DNA of 63,962 nucleotides, filler included, from Parasitella parasitica NRRL 2501 (GCA_025201805.1; 8 parts of 8 records of this genome joined end to end with filler, not necessarily neighbours in it), one strand, 5' to 3'; shown: positions 12,042-24,934, counted from the whole stretch's first letter. Translations and numbers: made by a program. Notes: a model not told the origin generated them from the letters alone.

Positions 12042-13910
12042 TCAAGTCATGGTGTTATTTGGGTTGGGATAAAATACAATAGACGTAGGATCTGACAACA
12101 AACCACTGCCAAACCCAAAAAAGTCCAGCCCATTGATGCGATCTGGATTTAGGATAAAGACGGTGACATTGAACGCAACACCACCCAACAGCAAAACCAG
12201 CCAAGCCAGGATAGGAAGAGCTTCCTTAAATTGACTACAAACTCTGCTCTCGCGTTTAAGTTCTGCCGCTGACCTGGCAGATGTGCCCCATCCGACATCC
12301 CATAACGAGATGATAGCCCACAGTTTGGCAGGTACCAAGCCAAACATGTAGTACAAGGAGTACACAGGGAAAGCCAAAAATCGCAGGTTGCGGGTCACAA
12401 GTATGGAATAGAAGGTCTTGATGCAGGCAATCGCAAGCAACGAAATCAGCCATACACAAAGCACAAATGGTGATTTGCTAAACAAAATCTGAAATATGGA
12501 AAACAGCAATACAAACGGATAAATGCCTTGATAGAAGAGCTCGGCCGCCATCCAAGGGCTGTGCTTATGAAGACTGCGCGCATTCCAAAACAGTTCGCGG
12601 TAGAAGCTCTTGGACCATCTTGTTTGCTGCTTGAACCAGCGCAGAAAGGCCGTGGGCGTCTCGGTTTCACAGAAGGCCAAATGAGTATAAACCACGCGAT
12701 ATCCCTGCAACAGGGTTCGATTTGTCAAATGTCGATCATCGCCATAGGTGCATTCCATGCCCAAAAAGCGCTGGTTGATCCAATCATCCAAAACTTCCCT
12801 CAAAACATGCGATCTATATATGCCCATTGGACCTGATACGCATGTAACGCACCGGTTGAAGCTCTGTGCCGACCGTTCAATGTTAAAAGCCATCCAGTAG
12901 CGTAAAGAAGACATGAATGACAGTACACTATCAAAGGCGTTCCAAATACGCACGTCCCCAGCAGCAGCACCAATGTTGGGGAACCAGTAGAGGGCGCTTT
13001 CCATTTCAACCATGGCGTTAGGATCAAACTTTGTGTCTGAGTCTGTGGACATGACAGCATCACATCCAGCAGCCATCAAGACGCGGAAAGCAGTGTACAT
13101 TGCATGGCGTTTACCGCGGTGTGGTTGCATGTAGCAGACAGGGGTTGTGTCGCTTGGTAGTGTAAATGTGTCTCGCAACAGCTGGTCGTAATTAGGCTCA
13201 GTTTCTGCCTTTTCACCCCCCTCTTCTTGTCGCTCTCGAGCATTCTTTCGAATCTTTTCAAAGGAGTCAGATAATAGCTCTGGCAGCACTAATATGGGGC
13301 TTTGCGGGAATATATTTTGAAAGAGATTTGCCATCTCTCTGTCCTCTGGTGCATCACCGTCAATCACAACAATCACCTTGAAAGTGTCAGGATAGTTAAG
13401 CTCTTTGATAGACTCTAGACATTTGGTAAACAGTGTAGGCTCTTCACGATAACCCACTACGGCCAATCCCATGACAGTAGCAGGCCGTCCTTCCTTTTTC
13501 AATCCTGATTCGCTCTGTGACACTGTGGAAGAAGTAGACGAAGATGCTGATAATGTGTGAGCTTGATTGTCACAAGATGCGATAATTTTCTCTGGAAAAC
13601 CTTGTTGATCTACATAGTCAATCTGAATGACTTTTTCATTGATAGACTGGTGCTTCATATGTTGAAATCGTGAAACTGCGCTTGGTAACTTCTTTTTGTA
13701 TCTGTGCACCATAATTCGATTCAATGTGGCGAACAAAAGCTGCAGGAAAATGAATAAAAATACAATTGCGCCGTAAACACCAAGCACCCAGAATGATTTC
13801 CTTGTGATTTCTAAACGTAGCGCATAGCCAACCATGGCTGGCACAACAAAAAAGCATGAAATGGCCACTGAATATAGTATTTTCAGTGGTAATGTCCAAT
13901 GCACTGTCAT
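12042..13910 (-). CDS. Class I hyaluronan synthase-like GT2 processive glycosyltransferase, 622 aa, intronless
   Basis: Two N-terminal TM helices, GYREEP, VIDG, GKRHAM, DSDT, RYWMAFNIERSAQS, CVSGPMGIYR, CTYGDDRHLTN, QQTRWSKS, C-terminal TMs and GWGTSAR. Likely start MTVHW at 13910. Confidence 0.9.
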   Translation of the reverse strand: MTVHWTLPLKILYSVAISCFFVVPAMVGYALRLEITRKSFWVLGVYGAIVFLFIFLQLLFATLNRIMVHRYKKKLPSAVSRFQHMKHQSINEKVIQIDYVDQQGFPEKIIASCDNQAHTLSASSSTSSTVSQSESGLKKEGRPATVMGLAVVGYREEPTLFTKCLESIKELNYPDTFKVIVVIDGDAPEDREMANLFQNIFPQSPILVLPELLSDSFEKIRKNARERQEEGGEKAETEPNYDQLLRDTFTLPSDTTPVCYMQPHRGKRHAMYTAFRVLMAAGCDAVMSTDSDTKFDPNAMVEMESALYWFPNIGAAAGDVRIWNAFDSVLSFMSSLRYWMAFNIERSAQSFNRCVTCVSGPMGIYRSHVLREVLDDWINQRFLGMECTYGDDRHLTNRTLLQGYRVVYTHLAFCETETPTAFLRWFKQQTRWSKSFYRELFWNARSLHKHSPWMAAELFYQGIYPFVLLFSIFQILFSKSPFVLCVWLISLLAIACIKTFYSILVTRNLRFLAFPVYSLYYMFGLVPAKLWAIISLWDVGWGTSARSAAELKRESRVCSQFKEALPILAWLVLLLGGVAFNVTVFILNPDRINGLDFFGFGSGLLSDPTSIVFYPNPNNTMT

Positions 13911-14648
13911 CTTTTTCTGGTGTTTGGATATGTATATATATATATACGAATGTAATAGCAAAAGGAAAAAGAAATAAAAAAGTATTTCCTGTGATGATCC
14001 ATAATATTTAGGAAAATTTCGCTTTTTTGTTTTTTCCCAATTGTTCCAATATGCCATGTTTGGTGTGAGCCATTGCCAGACATATAGTAGCTATAACTGT
14101 AGAGAACTACGACTAGCTCAATCAGTGTTACCTATAGATGCTTCGTTGAATTTCCACTCGTGGTTTGGGCTTCTATATTTACATGATATTATATGCTCAA
14201 TTTCTGATTAGGTAATTGAGTATTGTTAATGCAAGCTGTTTGTCACATCTGAATCATGCTTGTCATGTATCAAAGTATATGTTTAATTCATTTAATTTGG
14301 ATTGTCTACTTATGCCTTGAGATTAAGCCACCTTTTCCTTTGATGTAGATCACCTTCGTATGCAGAATGTAGCTTATTGTTAAATAATGAAATATAGTCT
14401 GATCTTGGATATTTTGAATCGTCGAGATTAAAATGAAAGAAAATAAGCAGAAATGTGTTAATGTATGAATGTTTCCAAGTATTTTCAGACCAATTGCACT
14501 CTATACTTTGGCCTAGGTTCGCTTTTCTTCAGCTTCAGTGGGCAGAGGAACAGCTGTTTGCATTTTTTATCTGTTAACATGGATGCGCTCAATTCCTCGG
14601 TACATTTTTCCTTATAAAACATTAATATTGTAGAAAAGCTTTCTTCAA

Positions 14649-14851
14649 GAGTAATTGAAGGCAAGCAGGATGCACTCAATCGATGTGTTTCTTAGATGTA
14701 TAAATAAAGATACTTACAACCATTTTAATATTTGGTCAAGTTATCTGAAGTGGGCAATTTATTCTCGCAATTTATTCATACAGTGCTGAGTAAGTTGGTT
14801 CCAGACTCCTGGCCAAGTTAGTGTTATCTTTTCGGGCAATTTAACCTTGCA
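14649..14851. repeat. Second copy of the degenerate repeat at 2522-2668
   Basis: Same shared sequence blocks. Confidence 0.6.
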
Positions 14852-15796
14852 ATTAGCATAGCTATTTGTTCCTTCTTATTATCCTCATATTAAGATAAAT
14901 GCTTACAACTAATTTGTCTTGAAATACTTCTTCAACAAATTCTGAAGCTCCTTTCATTTAAGTTTTTGGTCAGGCAAGATTCACGGCATCTGCCTTGCGT
15001 TTATATAACAGAACCTTTAGTCGAAGAGAGTTCAATGATTTGTGAAAGGTGTTATCGACCTTGACATCAACGTCGATTACAAAGAGACTGTACGGTGAGA
15101 ATACGGCCAACTTCTGATGTTGCGATTTATCGTGTGGTGTTACTGAGGAATAGACTCCAAATCCCAATTGTTTGCTCTTCATGTGGAAAATGCTTGCCCT
15201 ACTGGCCCCCTCATAACATGCCTCCCTCCCAGTAGTTGGCTACCTTTCAATACTCGTTACGCCCTGCCTGCTGATGAAGTGTCTCTCACTCACTATTTTC
15301 AACAGGATGGAAAAGGTTTGTGGTTAGCTGAATGAACAAATTCTTGATCTCTGAAGACCCGAGTATCAACGCATTTCTTTTTATTATTACATATTCTAAA
15401 AATTATTCTTTTTTTTTTTTTTTTGAAGCACCAAGAAATACCTTCAATGAAATACAAGATTTTAGACTAAAAATGACTCTCTTTACTTTGATTGTTATTA
15501 GGATGAGACTACGTTTAAGACTATTGTATTGACTCAGTGAGTGAGTCCAGACTGATGTAAGCTATGGAACTAGATCAGGGTCCTGTCTGAAGTTACATTG
15601 ATATATTATGATATTGATTGATCATTCTTCTATCTTTTATTTTGGCTTGTGAATCATTGTATCCTGAAACCATATAGACAGCTTAACCTATAATTTAATA
15701 CTATAGGGTATTGATGATTCTTTCTGATAAACAAACGTTGACTACAGGAAAAAAATTAATTCTCGCCATAACCCAACAAACAGAAAGACACAATGC

Positions 15797-16240
15797 TCAG
15801 AACATTAGCTGCTGTAAACGGCTGTTGGTTGAAAACAAAACGTTATGTTGGCCAGAGTGATGATGCCAATAATAAGGAGGGAGCTTGACTGTAATAAATG
15901 TCGTAGAAATCAACCTGAAGGATGGGCTGGTGAATATCATCAGTGGTAACTGTGGGCCAAAGAAACTCAGCGATAATACTCTGCCAGACGCGAGCCTTGC
16001 TTGGACAATAAAAAAGATAATGGCCAGCAGAATCCATTGCAGAAGCACACACAGCGCGCAAAGGAGATACGTGAATGTGGGGTACCACTCGATGCATCAG
16101 CGCCGTATGTGGGATGCAATTGTGGATAAAGCAGTATAATACATTGCGCTGTATCATAGTCAAAGACGAAGCAGATGTTCTTGGACAGGGACAGAATGGG
16201 AGTATTGACTACAGTGGCCTTGCCAACAATCGATAACAAA
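15797..16240 (-). mobile_element. Non-LTR retrotransposon (L1-like) 3' fragment, zf-RVT region
   Basis: RNVLYCFIHNCIPH...AVCASAMDSAGHYLFYCPSKARVWQ resembles the CCHC knuckle downstream of LINE RT. Confidence 0.75.
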
Positions 16241-16495
16241 CGACAGGCATTTATTTTTAAACAATGAATAATATAAGAGCAAGTGATGAGTGCAACATAG
16301 AACTATAACAAGCTTAGATCAAGTTTAAAGGTTATAAACTCTAAGATTGATTTTGCAGTGCAATATCATTTTGATGAGCACTAAATATCTCATATTTGCG
16401 TGAAAAACAGCTATATATTGAATTACTTTTATTGAGAGGCTACATGATGATAAATATGATGCGAATATTGAAGATGGAACTGCAATTAGCATAGC

Positions 16496-18679
16496 TCAAG
16501 CTCGCTTCATTTGACGATCCACGACCATTAAACTGCCAACAAAAGTTAAATTCTACAGAAAAAAAGCGTCAAGTCAGTCTCTTGCAGTTTTTTCAAAGAG
16601 CTGTAATGCCTACCATTTTGGATCTAACTTCGACAATATCTTCTGGTACAAGGAAAATAGTGGCGCCCAACTTACGCGCAATAGAGATGGCCAAACGGGC
16701 GTTGTTGAAAGCATCCTCATCTAATTAATCAAACAAAATAAGCACCAAAGACTAATTCAAGAAAAATCAGACACTACCTGTGTTGCCAGCGGTGGCATGA
16801 GAAGCATCCACAATACCTGGCTTCATACCATCAAGTACATCCAGAAAAAAGACGCCAGTGCGAAGAGAAGGGTCTCTGAAAGAGTTCATCTTGCTCTGTT
16901 TTCCACCCTTTTGCGCTGTTTCATTAGCCCATTTCACCATGTCCATGTCTGTTACAGGTCTACCACCTTCACTCAAGGATTGTAATGTACGCACAATATT
17001 TTCACGCATCATTTGCCAGACAAGGCCCAAAGTCAAAGTCTTTTGCTCATCTACAATATCCGCACCCTGAATACCCACCAAAGAGAATCCATTTTCTTGA
17101 CCGAGACGTACAGCATAGTTGCAATTCTCCAGCTGCTTAAATCGAGATAGAGGCTTTTTTTTACTGACCATTCTCCATTGGACAAGTTCTGGTTGCACTT
17201 TATCAAAAGCTTGCAGTAAGATTAAACCATCTTTTAAGTCTTCAAACAGGTTGTATACTCCAGGCTCTACGTTAAGACTGTTCAACCACAGTGTAAACAT
17301 ACGAGCCTCTCGTTCACCTTCAGCATCGAATGGTTCGACTTCAGGAGCTTCCTCTTCAGTCAAAGGCTCAAGGCCGGGATGCGTGTTGAATAAATGAGCA
17401 ACAAAGGCCAGATTAAGCTTAGGATTACCGCTGACCATTGCTTTAGGAGTGAGATACTTGCGACATCCAATAGCATTTGCATTTTGAAGAACCATCTCAG
17501 CACGTTTCAAGACATCTTGCTCTTGTAAAGGAGCACGGGAACATTCGTCAGGCTTGATTTGATTCAATAGAATGGTGTAATTCTCACCATCACAGATATC
17601 CTTGCTAAAATTGCTTACTCTATTATAATATGGTGTCAGTGATAATCTCTTATAACGCACCATGTAAACCGCCGTACTTACCGCCTTTCCCAACCAGCAG
17701 CTTTCAAATGATAGTTGAACCATCTCAACAAGATAACATCAGGTGGAAGCTTCAGGAATTCCTCCAAAGTCTCGTCTTCCTCGAGTAAACGATACAATTC
17801 GGGATGCTGCTGAATGGTGATTTTATTAAGCAATCCTCTCTTGATGATTTGCCAAATCAAGCCTAAAATCAAGTACTCCTTGGCTTCAATAATGTCTTGG
17901 GAGCCAATATTTACAACGGAGCAGCCGATGGCCTTTGCTGAATTGATGACGATGTTGTTGTTTTCAACCATTTGAAAGTTATTCATCTTCTTTTTGACAT
18001 TAAGTACACGCTCATCAATTGTGTCAGGTACTGCATCGTTGATCAATTTACACAAGATAAGCCCATCTCTGCATTCGTCAAACAACTGCATAGTGTTTGT
18101 GGGAATAGGCAAGCGATAGCTTACATCAGGGTCCATTTCCATGATGCCGTTGATATGACGAGTGAATTCCGTACGCTCATCCTCATTGATAGTATGTGTC
18201 GCATCGCTGTTGGCACCTTGTACACGGATTTTGTGTTGATGAACATCAAAAGCACCCTTATTACGGCCTTCTTTCAGTCTATTTGCTAGCTGTTGAGAGG
18301 GATAATCAGTACTTCCGGTTAAACTATGCATTTTATTTTCCATCAAAACCCCCCAACAGAAAAGAAATCCATTGAATACTTACGTCAATGAATTCCTCCA
18401 CATCAATTTTACCAGTAGCACTCGTTGCTACTTGCTTCAAATTGGCTCGAATCTCGTCATAGTTATCACTATAGCCAGTGTCCTTACAAGCTTGCTGAAT
18501 TTCGCGTTGATCAAGTAAGCCGTCTGTGTCAAGATCGCATTCTCTACCATAAAAAAATGAATTAAAATAGGGTTTCCACCAGCTAAAAACACTTACTCAA
18601 ATTTGTCAATTAAAGCATTGATATCATTCACCTGGAAATTAGGATATTTCTTTTGAAGCATAAACGCATTCACTACCAT
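16496..18679 (-). CDS. SAC6: Fimbrin (EF-hand plus two actin-binding domains)
   Basis: HTINEDERTEFTRHIN, DGLILCKLIN, AKAIGCSVVNIG, GNPKLNLAFVAHLFN, AISIARKLGATIFLVPEDIVEV. Multi-exon, ends ...QMKRA*. Confidence 0.96.
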
Positions 18680-19471
18680 TTTGACAGATTTTTTTCAAGT
18701 GTAACAAACAAAAGAAAAAAGGAAAAAGATCCACTTTCTTTTTTTTTTCGGAAATTCTAAAACTTGTCGTGTCTTATAAGCAGAAGGTATCTCGGAGTAA
18801 TGCCGATGGCATACAGTGCCTTTAGTACCAATTGGCACTTAATTCATGAATATACAAGTTTGGTTTCCTGAAATTCAATATTATAGTCAGGCGGCCATTA
18901 ACAGAATGCGAAGAAATCCATTGTTATGTTGGATAGAGTTTCGAGTAGGGAACCACGATAACAGCTTTTGCACTCTATCTTACAATGTCTTTAAACAATG
19001 TACTAGGTTAAATCCATAAATTAAATCTCATCAAGTGTACAGCAATCATTTACTTGCCACTATTTTGCGTCAAATACCTCGACATCCCATAACCAAAATT
19101 TGACAAAAGCCCAACTGTGCGCGCCCAAAACTTGCTTTGCCATCGAATTTATTCTCTTTCGAGCCAGTTCAGGTGCTTGGAGCCACACCTGAAGCTCGTA
19201 GCTGCTATCTGGTGCATTTTTGGCCAAGAAAGGTAAGCTACAGATAAGTGTTCCCACTGGATAGAGTAAGCAGACTCACTCGTAGTGGAAATTATCTTCA
19301 GTGAGTTAGTTCTTGACGAATTAGATCCTCATCAAGGATAAATTGAGACACAAACCGAACCAGTGCATTGGCTGTATGTGACCTTTTGAAGCTCATCATT
19401 TAAAATAGCCGGTGGCCATGAGTTTACTCTTCTTTTCCTTTCTTTCATCTTCACATTTGTTACACAAAGAT

Positions 19472-20530
19472 ATGTCAAACCCATTTGAACAAAATCCATG
19501 GCAGTCAAGCAATCAACAAACTGCAAGCGGTCCACGTTTTGGCAATGCTTATGATGATCAGCCAGCTTATGGAGGCGCATATGACGGTGCTGGCGGCAAC
19601 AACATGGCTGGATTTAGTGCGACGGGCTACAATAACGCTTGGGGCGATGAATCCAATAAAACTCAATACGATTCAAACATTTATAACTCTCAAGCCAACT
19701 CCTCTCAATCTCCCTATGGCATGGCTCAAAATATGCCTTTTTCCCATCCTCCTTATGATGGAAATCAAGCTTTGCCTAAAAATGATGCTTATCAATACAC
19801 CGGAACACCTTACGGTAATCAAAGTTTACATGCTAGTAATGCTGCATATCCTCCAAATTCACCTGCGCCTTCAAATTCAAAGCCAAATGGCACTGCCACA
19901 TCATCATCAGCAGGACCAGATCCTTGGAATGGAGAAGCATACCACATACCTAATAAATGGCGATTCTGGTTCCGTTTTGTTATCTTGTTGGCTAGCATTG
20001 GTCATTTAGGCTTTGCTGCTGGCGCTCGACCCGTAAGTTGCTCTGATCTGATCCATTTTGAATCAATGCTAATATGTGAATATGCATAAACTTTTATGTA
20101 GTATTCTGGCAAAGACGTTCCCTTTTACACTTCTGCTTGCTTTTATTACTTGTTTGCAGTGGTAAGTATATAAATATGAAATTTCATGAACACTGATGTG
20201 TTTAAGAACTATACTTATGTCTTCGTCCTATAGGCTATCCTTTCCATCATATATTCTATATATCATGTATTTTTTTACTGCTACAGGCGCATGGCCAAAA
20301 AACCAAAAATGAATCGACCCATTATGTTTGCGCTTGATTTGCTAATGGCCGTGTTATGGGGCATTGGTGTTATTGTCGAAGCCGTCAAGTTCAAATGTAC
20401 AGATGGCGGTAAATTTTGTGATTTCTATAACGTTAGTATCTTTTGGGGTTTCTTGGCCTTTGCTGCGTACGTACTTGCTATATTCTGGGATGTTTGGGGT
20501 GCTTGTTGTGGTAAAAGAAGAAAAACGTAG
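19472..20530 (+). CDS. Four-TM MARVEL-like membrane protein with low-complexity Y/G/N/Q/P-rich N-terminus
   Basis: Exons ~19472-20032, 20102-20161, 20234-20530. Hydrophobic helices RFVILLASIGHLGF, FYYLFAVAILSIIYS, FALDLLMAVLWGIG, and a C-x5-C loop before the last helix. Confidence 0.7.
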
Positions 20531-21052
20531 TGGAAAGATTCATATAGGAAAACCACGCATTGTAATATAAATGAATACAAGTGTACTATTTTTCATTATA
20601 ATATCCACTTTTGAAAACTTGATAATAATAATAATAGTAATTAATAAAAAAATACTTTAGCATGCAGCATTAAAAAACTACTTCTACTAATACTAGATGG
20701 AACGCATGTCAATTATCAACTTTAAACAGTGTAATTTAGCCCAGGAGCAGAGCTCTTCCGTCTAATTGATGCGCGGATTTGCTTGAATAACATTCGTTGT
20801 CGTATAAAACCACTGTTTATATTACTTGCGTAAATGTGATTGAGTTTAGGAGCAAAATATGAGGTCTGTAAGTAACTTGATAGGATATGGATAGTGGAAT
20901 ATGGCCTCTCTAAAAGATGTATTTTGAAAATAAAGCGACATGCATTTGTCCATTGTCAATTGAGTTCATGTTTAATTGGTTGAGATGGATCATTAAAAGC
21001 CAACTGTCCCTTTTTCAAATTTTTTCCCTTTTGTTCATGTCAATAAATACCA

Positions 21053-21996
21053 ATGCTCAAAGCCTCAAGAAGTGAAAAGGAAGCTGGCGATCTTCTCAGC
21101 ACTTATTTGCTTCAGGGTTGGGTAAAATACTGAAAGCTTATATCGGGTAATCTAACATACTAATCGCATTTAATTCAAAGATTATGACAGACGAGATTTG
21201 CAAGGCAGATTCTTGCAGCTTTCCCCTTATGCGCTCTAAAGATGGCTCGCTTTCTTTCTGCACATACCATGACCAACTCCCCAACAACGGTCCTGCCTTT
21301 AACTATTATCAGAAAAAGCTAACGCCTGCTGTCGTTGATCCCGAAGAGAGCCAACAAAAAGCTGAGTCAAATACAGCTAGTCCCCAAGCAGCTACCGATA
21401 ATAGCAGCGAAGAAGAACTGTGCATTCGTCGTGAAAGAAGAGAGCAATCGTCCAAGGCATCGCAACTTATTGGACAGAAAATGTTGCAGCGTTGGGCTCT
21501 GTTGAACGATCATTGCCCTAACCCAACGTGCTTTGCAGTAAGGGAATTAAATTTCAATACTCATTTTACTCATTTTAATTAGGTCCCTTTGATTCGCAAT
21601 CCTGATACCAAACAGATGTTTTGTGTCATTTGCGAAAACATCATCCTGACAGAAGAAGAAGCATTGGCACTCGAAAAAAAAAAGAAATTCATACCAAAAG
21701 AAGAAGACCAAAAAGAGTTTCCTCAATCTAGTGTTCCACAAGTTACCGAGGATCGCAAGCGACAAAAGCTAGAACCAGTAACAGAAGTTAGACCAAACAT
21801 TGCTTCTAATTTCTTTGCCTCTGAAGTCGTTTTATCCGTCCTTTCAGGCAAAATGAATCAATTGACAGAGAGAGTTAACGAGTGTCATGATCCATGCGAA
21901 TTGAGCAAGCTGTTCAAAGCAATCGGGGATTGTGCTGGAGCAATCCAAGCTTGTGTGGAGGCTGGCCATGTATACAACAGGTCGGTATCAGTTTAG
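21053..21996 (+). CDS. SSSCA1 / Sjogren autoantigen p27-like zinc-ribbon protein with two repeats
   Basis: Exons 21053-21121, 21181-21537, 21583-21996. Repeat 1 LLQGWIMTDEICKADSCSFPLMR...FCTYH; repeat 2 MLQRWALLNDHCPNPTCFAVPLIR...FCVIC. Confidence 0.8.
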
Positions 21997-22257
21997 CCGA
22001 ATAGCACCAAACAAGGGGTCCTGCTGTACCTTGATTTTTAAGAGATAGATCTTTTATCGCAGTAACATTTGGATATGGCTTTTTCACCTGTGCACATCAT
22101 TCTGTTACATTGAATAAATATAGATACGGTTTTTTTGCATCTTGAAGTTTTAGCTTTCTCTTTCTTTCTCCCTCTCTTTTCATTTACACCCACTCCCCAC
22201 TCTTTACTTCTGCATTACTTCGAGTTAACACGGCAAGGCATTAGTCCCAAGAATCAA

Positions 22258-24018
22258 ATGTTGCAGCATATCCTAAGAAAATCTTCAATAATCTGGAGAC
22301 AATCATCGTCCTTGTGCTCGGGTTGCTATCGACAGCAAAAGACCAGCCTGTTCTCTCGGTTACCGAGAAAAGAATTTCATACGAGCAGACCTACACAAGT
22401 GCCGATCGTGCCAATACCTGCCATTATATTGGGTGCACTAAAGACTGGAAAATTAGTTAGCCTTGTCTCATTGTCATCGAAAACATCATTAACATTATTG
22501 CCTCATACTTTCCGTAGAGGTAGTAAAGGTGATTTAATAGCGAAAATACTGGCAGGGATACCTATATTTGGCTTTACGTTGCTTCTAGTAATTGGGCTGG
22601 ATCAGGTATTCGTGTATGTCTAAAAACCCAAATAAAATTTTTCTCACCCTTTTATTCAATCTCCAGGCACCAAACACATCTCGATTGAGATTAATCTATC
22701 TGAGCGAAGAAGAAGAGTCTGAAATCGTCAAAGCAGAAATGGACACTTTATTAGAAGCACAAAGTGGATTGGTCGCCCCGAAAGATAGTGAAGTAGTCAT
22801 GTGGTTGCAGACGATTGTTGATAACTTGGCTGGTCCTGCGGTCGATGATATTCGTGATCCTGTACGTTGTTATGCAGATGATAATAACGTGCACCAAAGG
22901 AGCAGGCAGATACAAGTGGTTCCTTCAAATTTACCAACCAGCGGAGAGGTTGATATCATGGTGAGCACTGAGGAAGAGGAAGGAGAATTTCGCCCGACCA
23001 TACCCAAGCGAGATTTCGAAGTGAACGTTATTTGGGACTCGACAACAGTAAATGCAATGTGTGCAGGGTCCAGCTTAATAGTGTACAACCTGTTGATTCA
23101 TTATATGGACTATGATACGACAAGAATGGCAGTGATATTATCTCATGAGATTGCGCACTCCTTACAGCGGCATTTTGTGGAACAACATGGCTTTGCCTCT
23201 CTCATGTTTATGCTGGGGGATATTTCTCGCGGTGTATTCTGGATGATAACCGAGTCTATGGTATAATATGAGCCTTATTTTTAATTTTTTCTATACTGAT
23301 CTTCAAATTTGCTTAGGGCCCATATGTAAATCAGAAAATCAATGAGTATATCTCGACATTCATCACCTTAGAAACACAGACAACCTACAACAGGAAACTT
23401 GAGAAGGAAGTAAATATCACACTACACTGCATGTTTTGAAACAAATCAACTTACATTTGCATTTTTCTTTTCAAGGCAGATTTAGTAGGTTTAAAATTAT
23501 TAGCAAAAGCTGGCTATGACCCGAGAGCAGCCATTGATGTCTGGCAGAGGATGGCAGACTTGGAATCGGAGCTAGGAGAAGAAGCCAAAAATACTCAAGA
23601 CCCTGCTGTTCAAAGCAGAGCTGCAGCCACAACTGTGGCTAAGCGATCCATCCCAGCAGCGTCTGCTAAAGATGCTGAGGAAACATACCAAGATTTAGAA
23701 TACGGTGTACGAGAATTTCTGGATTCTCTAGTGAACTCATGGTTTGGATCCAGCCATCCACCCAACGTGGAAAGAATAGAATATATGCGAGAAAATCTGG
23801 ATGAAGCAATACTATTGTATGAAGAAGCATTAAAGTTGAATGGACCACCCAAAGAGTTTATATTTAGCGAGGATCTTGGACACAAGATAGAGATAACAAA
23901 CTATATTAACCACGGTGTCATTCGTTATGTCGCAAGCTGGCTAACATCCATTTACTCGTGGTCTTTGAGTAGTACCAGAGGCGATGGCAACGGCAACGAT
24001 ACATTGATCATGGATTAA
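22258..24018 (+). CDS. Oma1-like mitochondrial M48 metallopeptidase
   Basis: Exons 22258-22605, 22667-23260, 23317-23409, 23476-24018. Arg/Ser-rich presequence, VNAMC, HEIAH, EKEADLVG...AKAGYDP, SHPPNVERI. Confidence 0.85.
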
Positions 24019-24934
24019 TTGACCAACATGCATGGTAAGATGCTTGTTGTGTTTAGAGTAAACGTTTCTATCACAGTTTGCTTATACAGCAAGTTCCAGC
24101 TATTATTTATAATTAAAAAGACACCACAATTTAGTATGTAGCAATTTTCAAATAAGCCATATTCTCAATTGCACACCTGAGAGCTTTGATTCGTCATTGA
24201 AAATCCTTAAAGATATTATCTAAGACGTAGAGAAAACCGAAAACACTGCTATCATAATATATTTCGAATAAGCTCATTGATAAACATTTCTATATCAATA
24301 AAAGTAGTATGATAGCATACTATTCAGCTAGAATGAACGATTAGGGACTATAAGACAAGATAAAGAATAACGGAAACTCTACGTAATAATGATATATTTG
24401 TCAACTATTTAACGACTAACAACTAGCGTAATTAGAGATGTAATACGGTATAACAGCTTATTATTGCACGTTAATCCAATTTGAACAATAAAGAAAGGCT
24501 ATTGTTCATATGTTGCTTTTACTGTTTATTGCTGCATTTCGCTACGAACAGAGTCTTGAAAATAGACCAAAGCTTTAAAAAAGAAGTTGGTTTGAAAGAA
24601 TAGCCAAGTATGAATAGCTGCATTAACATTGCTTAATAATTTTATCTTAATAATTTCATCTAGTTTTAGGCTATTGTATGGGATAATTGTCCATAATAAG
24701 CATTAGCGCCGATTACTTATGGATTTTCTCATCCAATGTTATTTATTAAATATCTACGAGTTGCAGTCAAAATAAAGTAAAATTTATACTAATATTACCT
24801 TAAGCACTAATGTTTCTAACCTTTCTTCTTGCATTTTAAAAACCAAAGCGATAACATATTTATACTGATTAATTCAAGATCCGCAAAACATCACGTGTTT
24901 TTATTTTAAACTCCGACAGCGAAAAAACCGAAAT

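Noticed and set aside
13911-14057. 49-aa N-terminal extension of the HAS-like ORF
   Set aside because: Low-complexity AT-rich sequence (TATATA, poly-T) typical of a promoter or 5' UTR; the ATG at 13910 with an A-rich context is the more plausible start.
14940-15430. Possible second LINE zinc-knuckle fragment on the plus strand
   Set aside because: Multiple stops, motif spacing not recoverable, and the tail is poly-T rather than poly-A.
19060-19340. Hairpins (TTCAGGTG/CACCTGAA, ACTCACT/AGTGAGT) and Sm-like ATTTTTGG suggesting an snRNA or snoRNA
   Set aside because: No convincing match to U1, U4, U5, U11, U12 or U4atac motifs and no ACA box. The plus-strand translation VKYLDIP...RIYSL hints at a decayed LINE RT instead, too weak to call.
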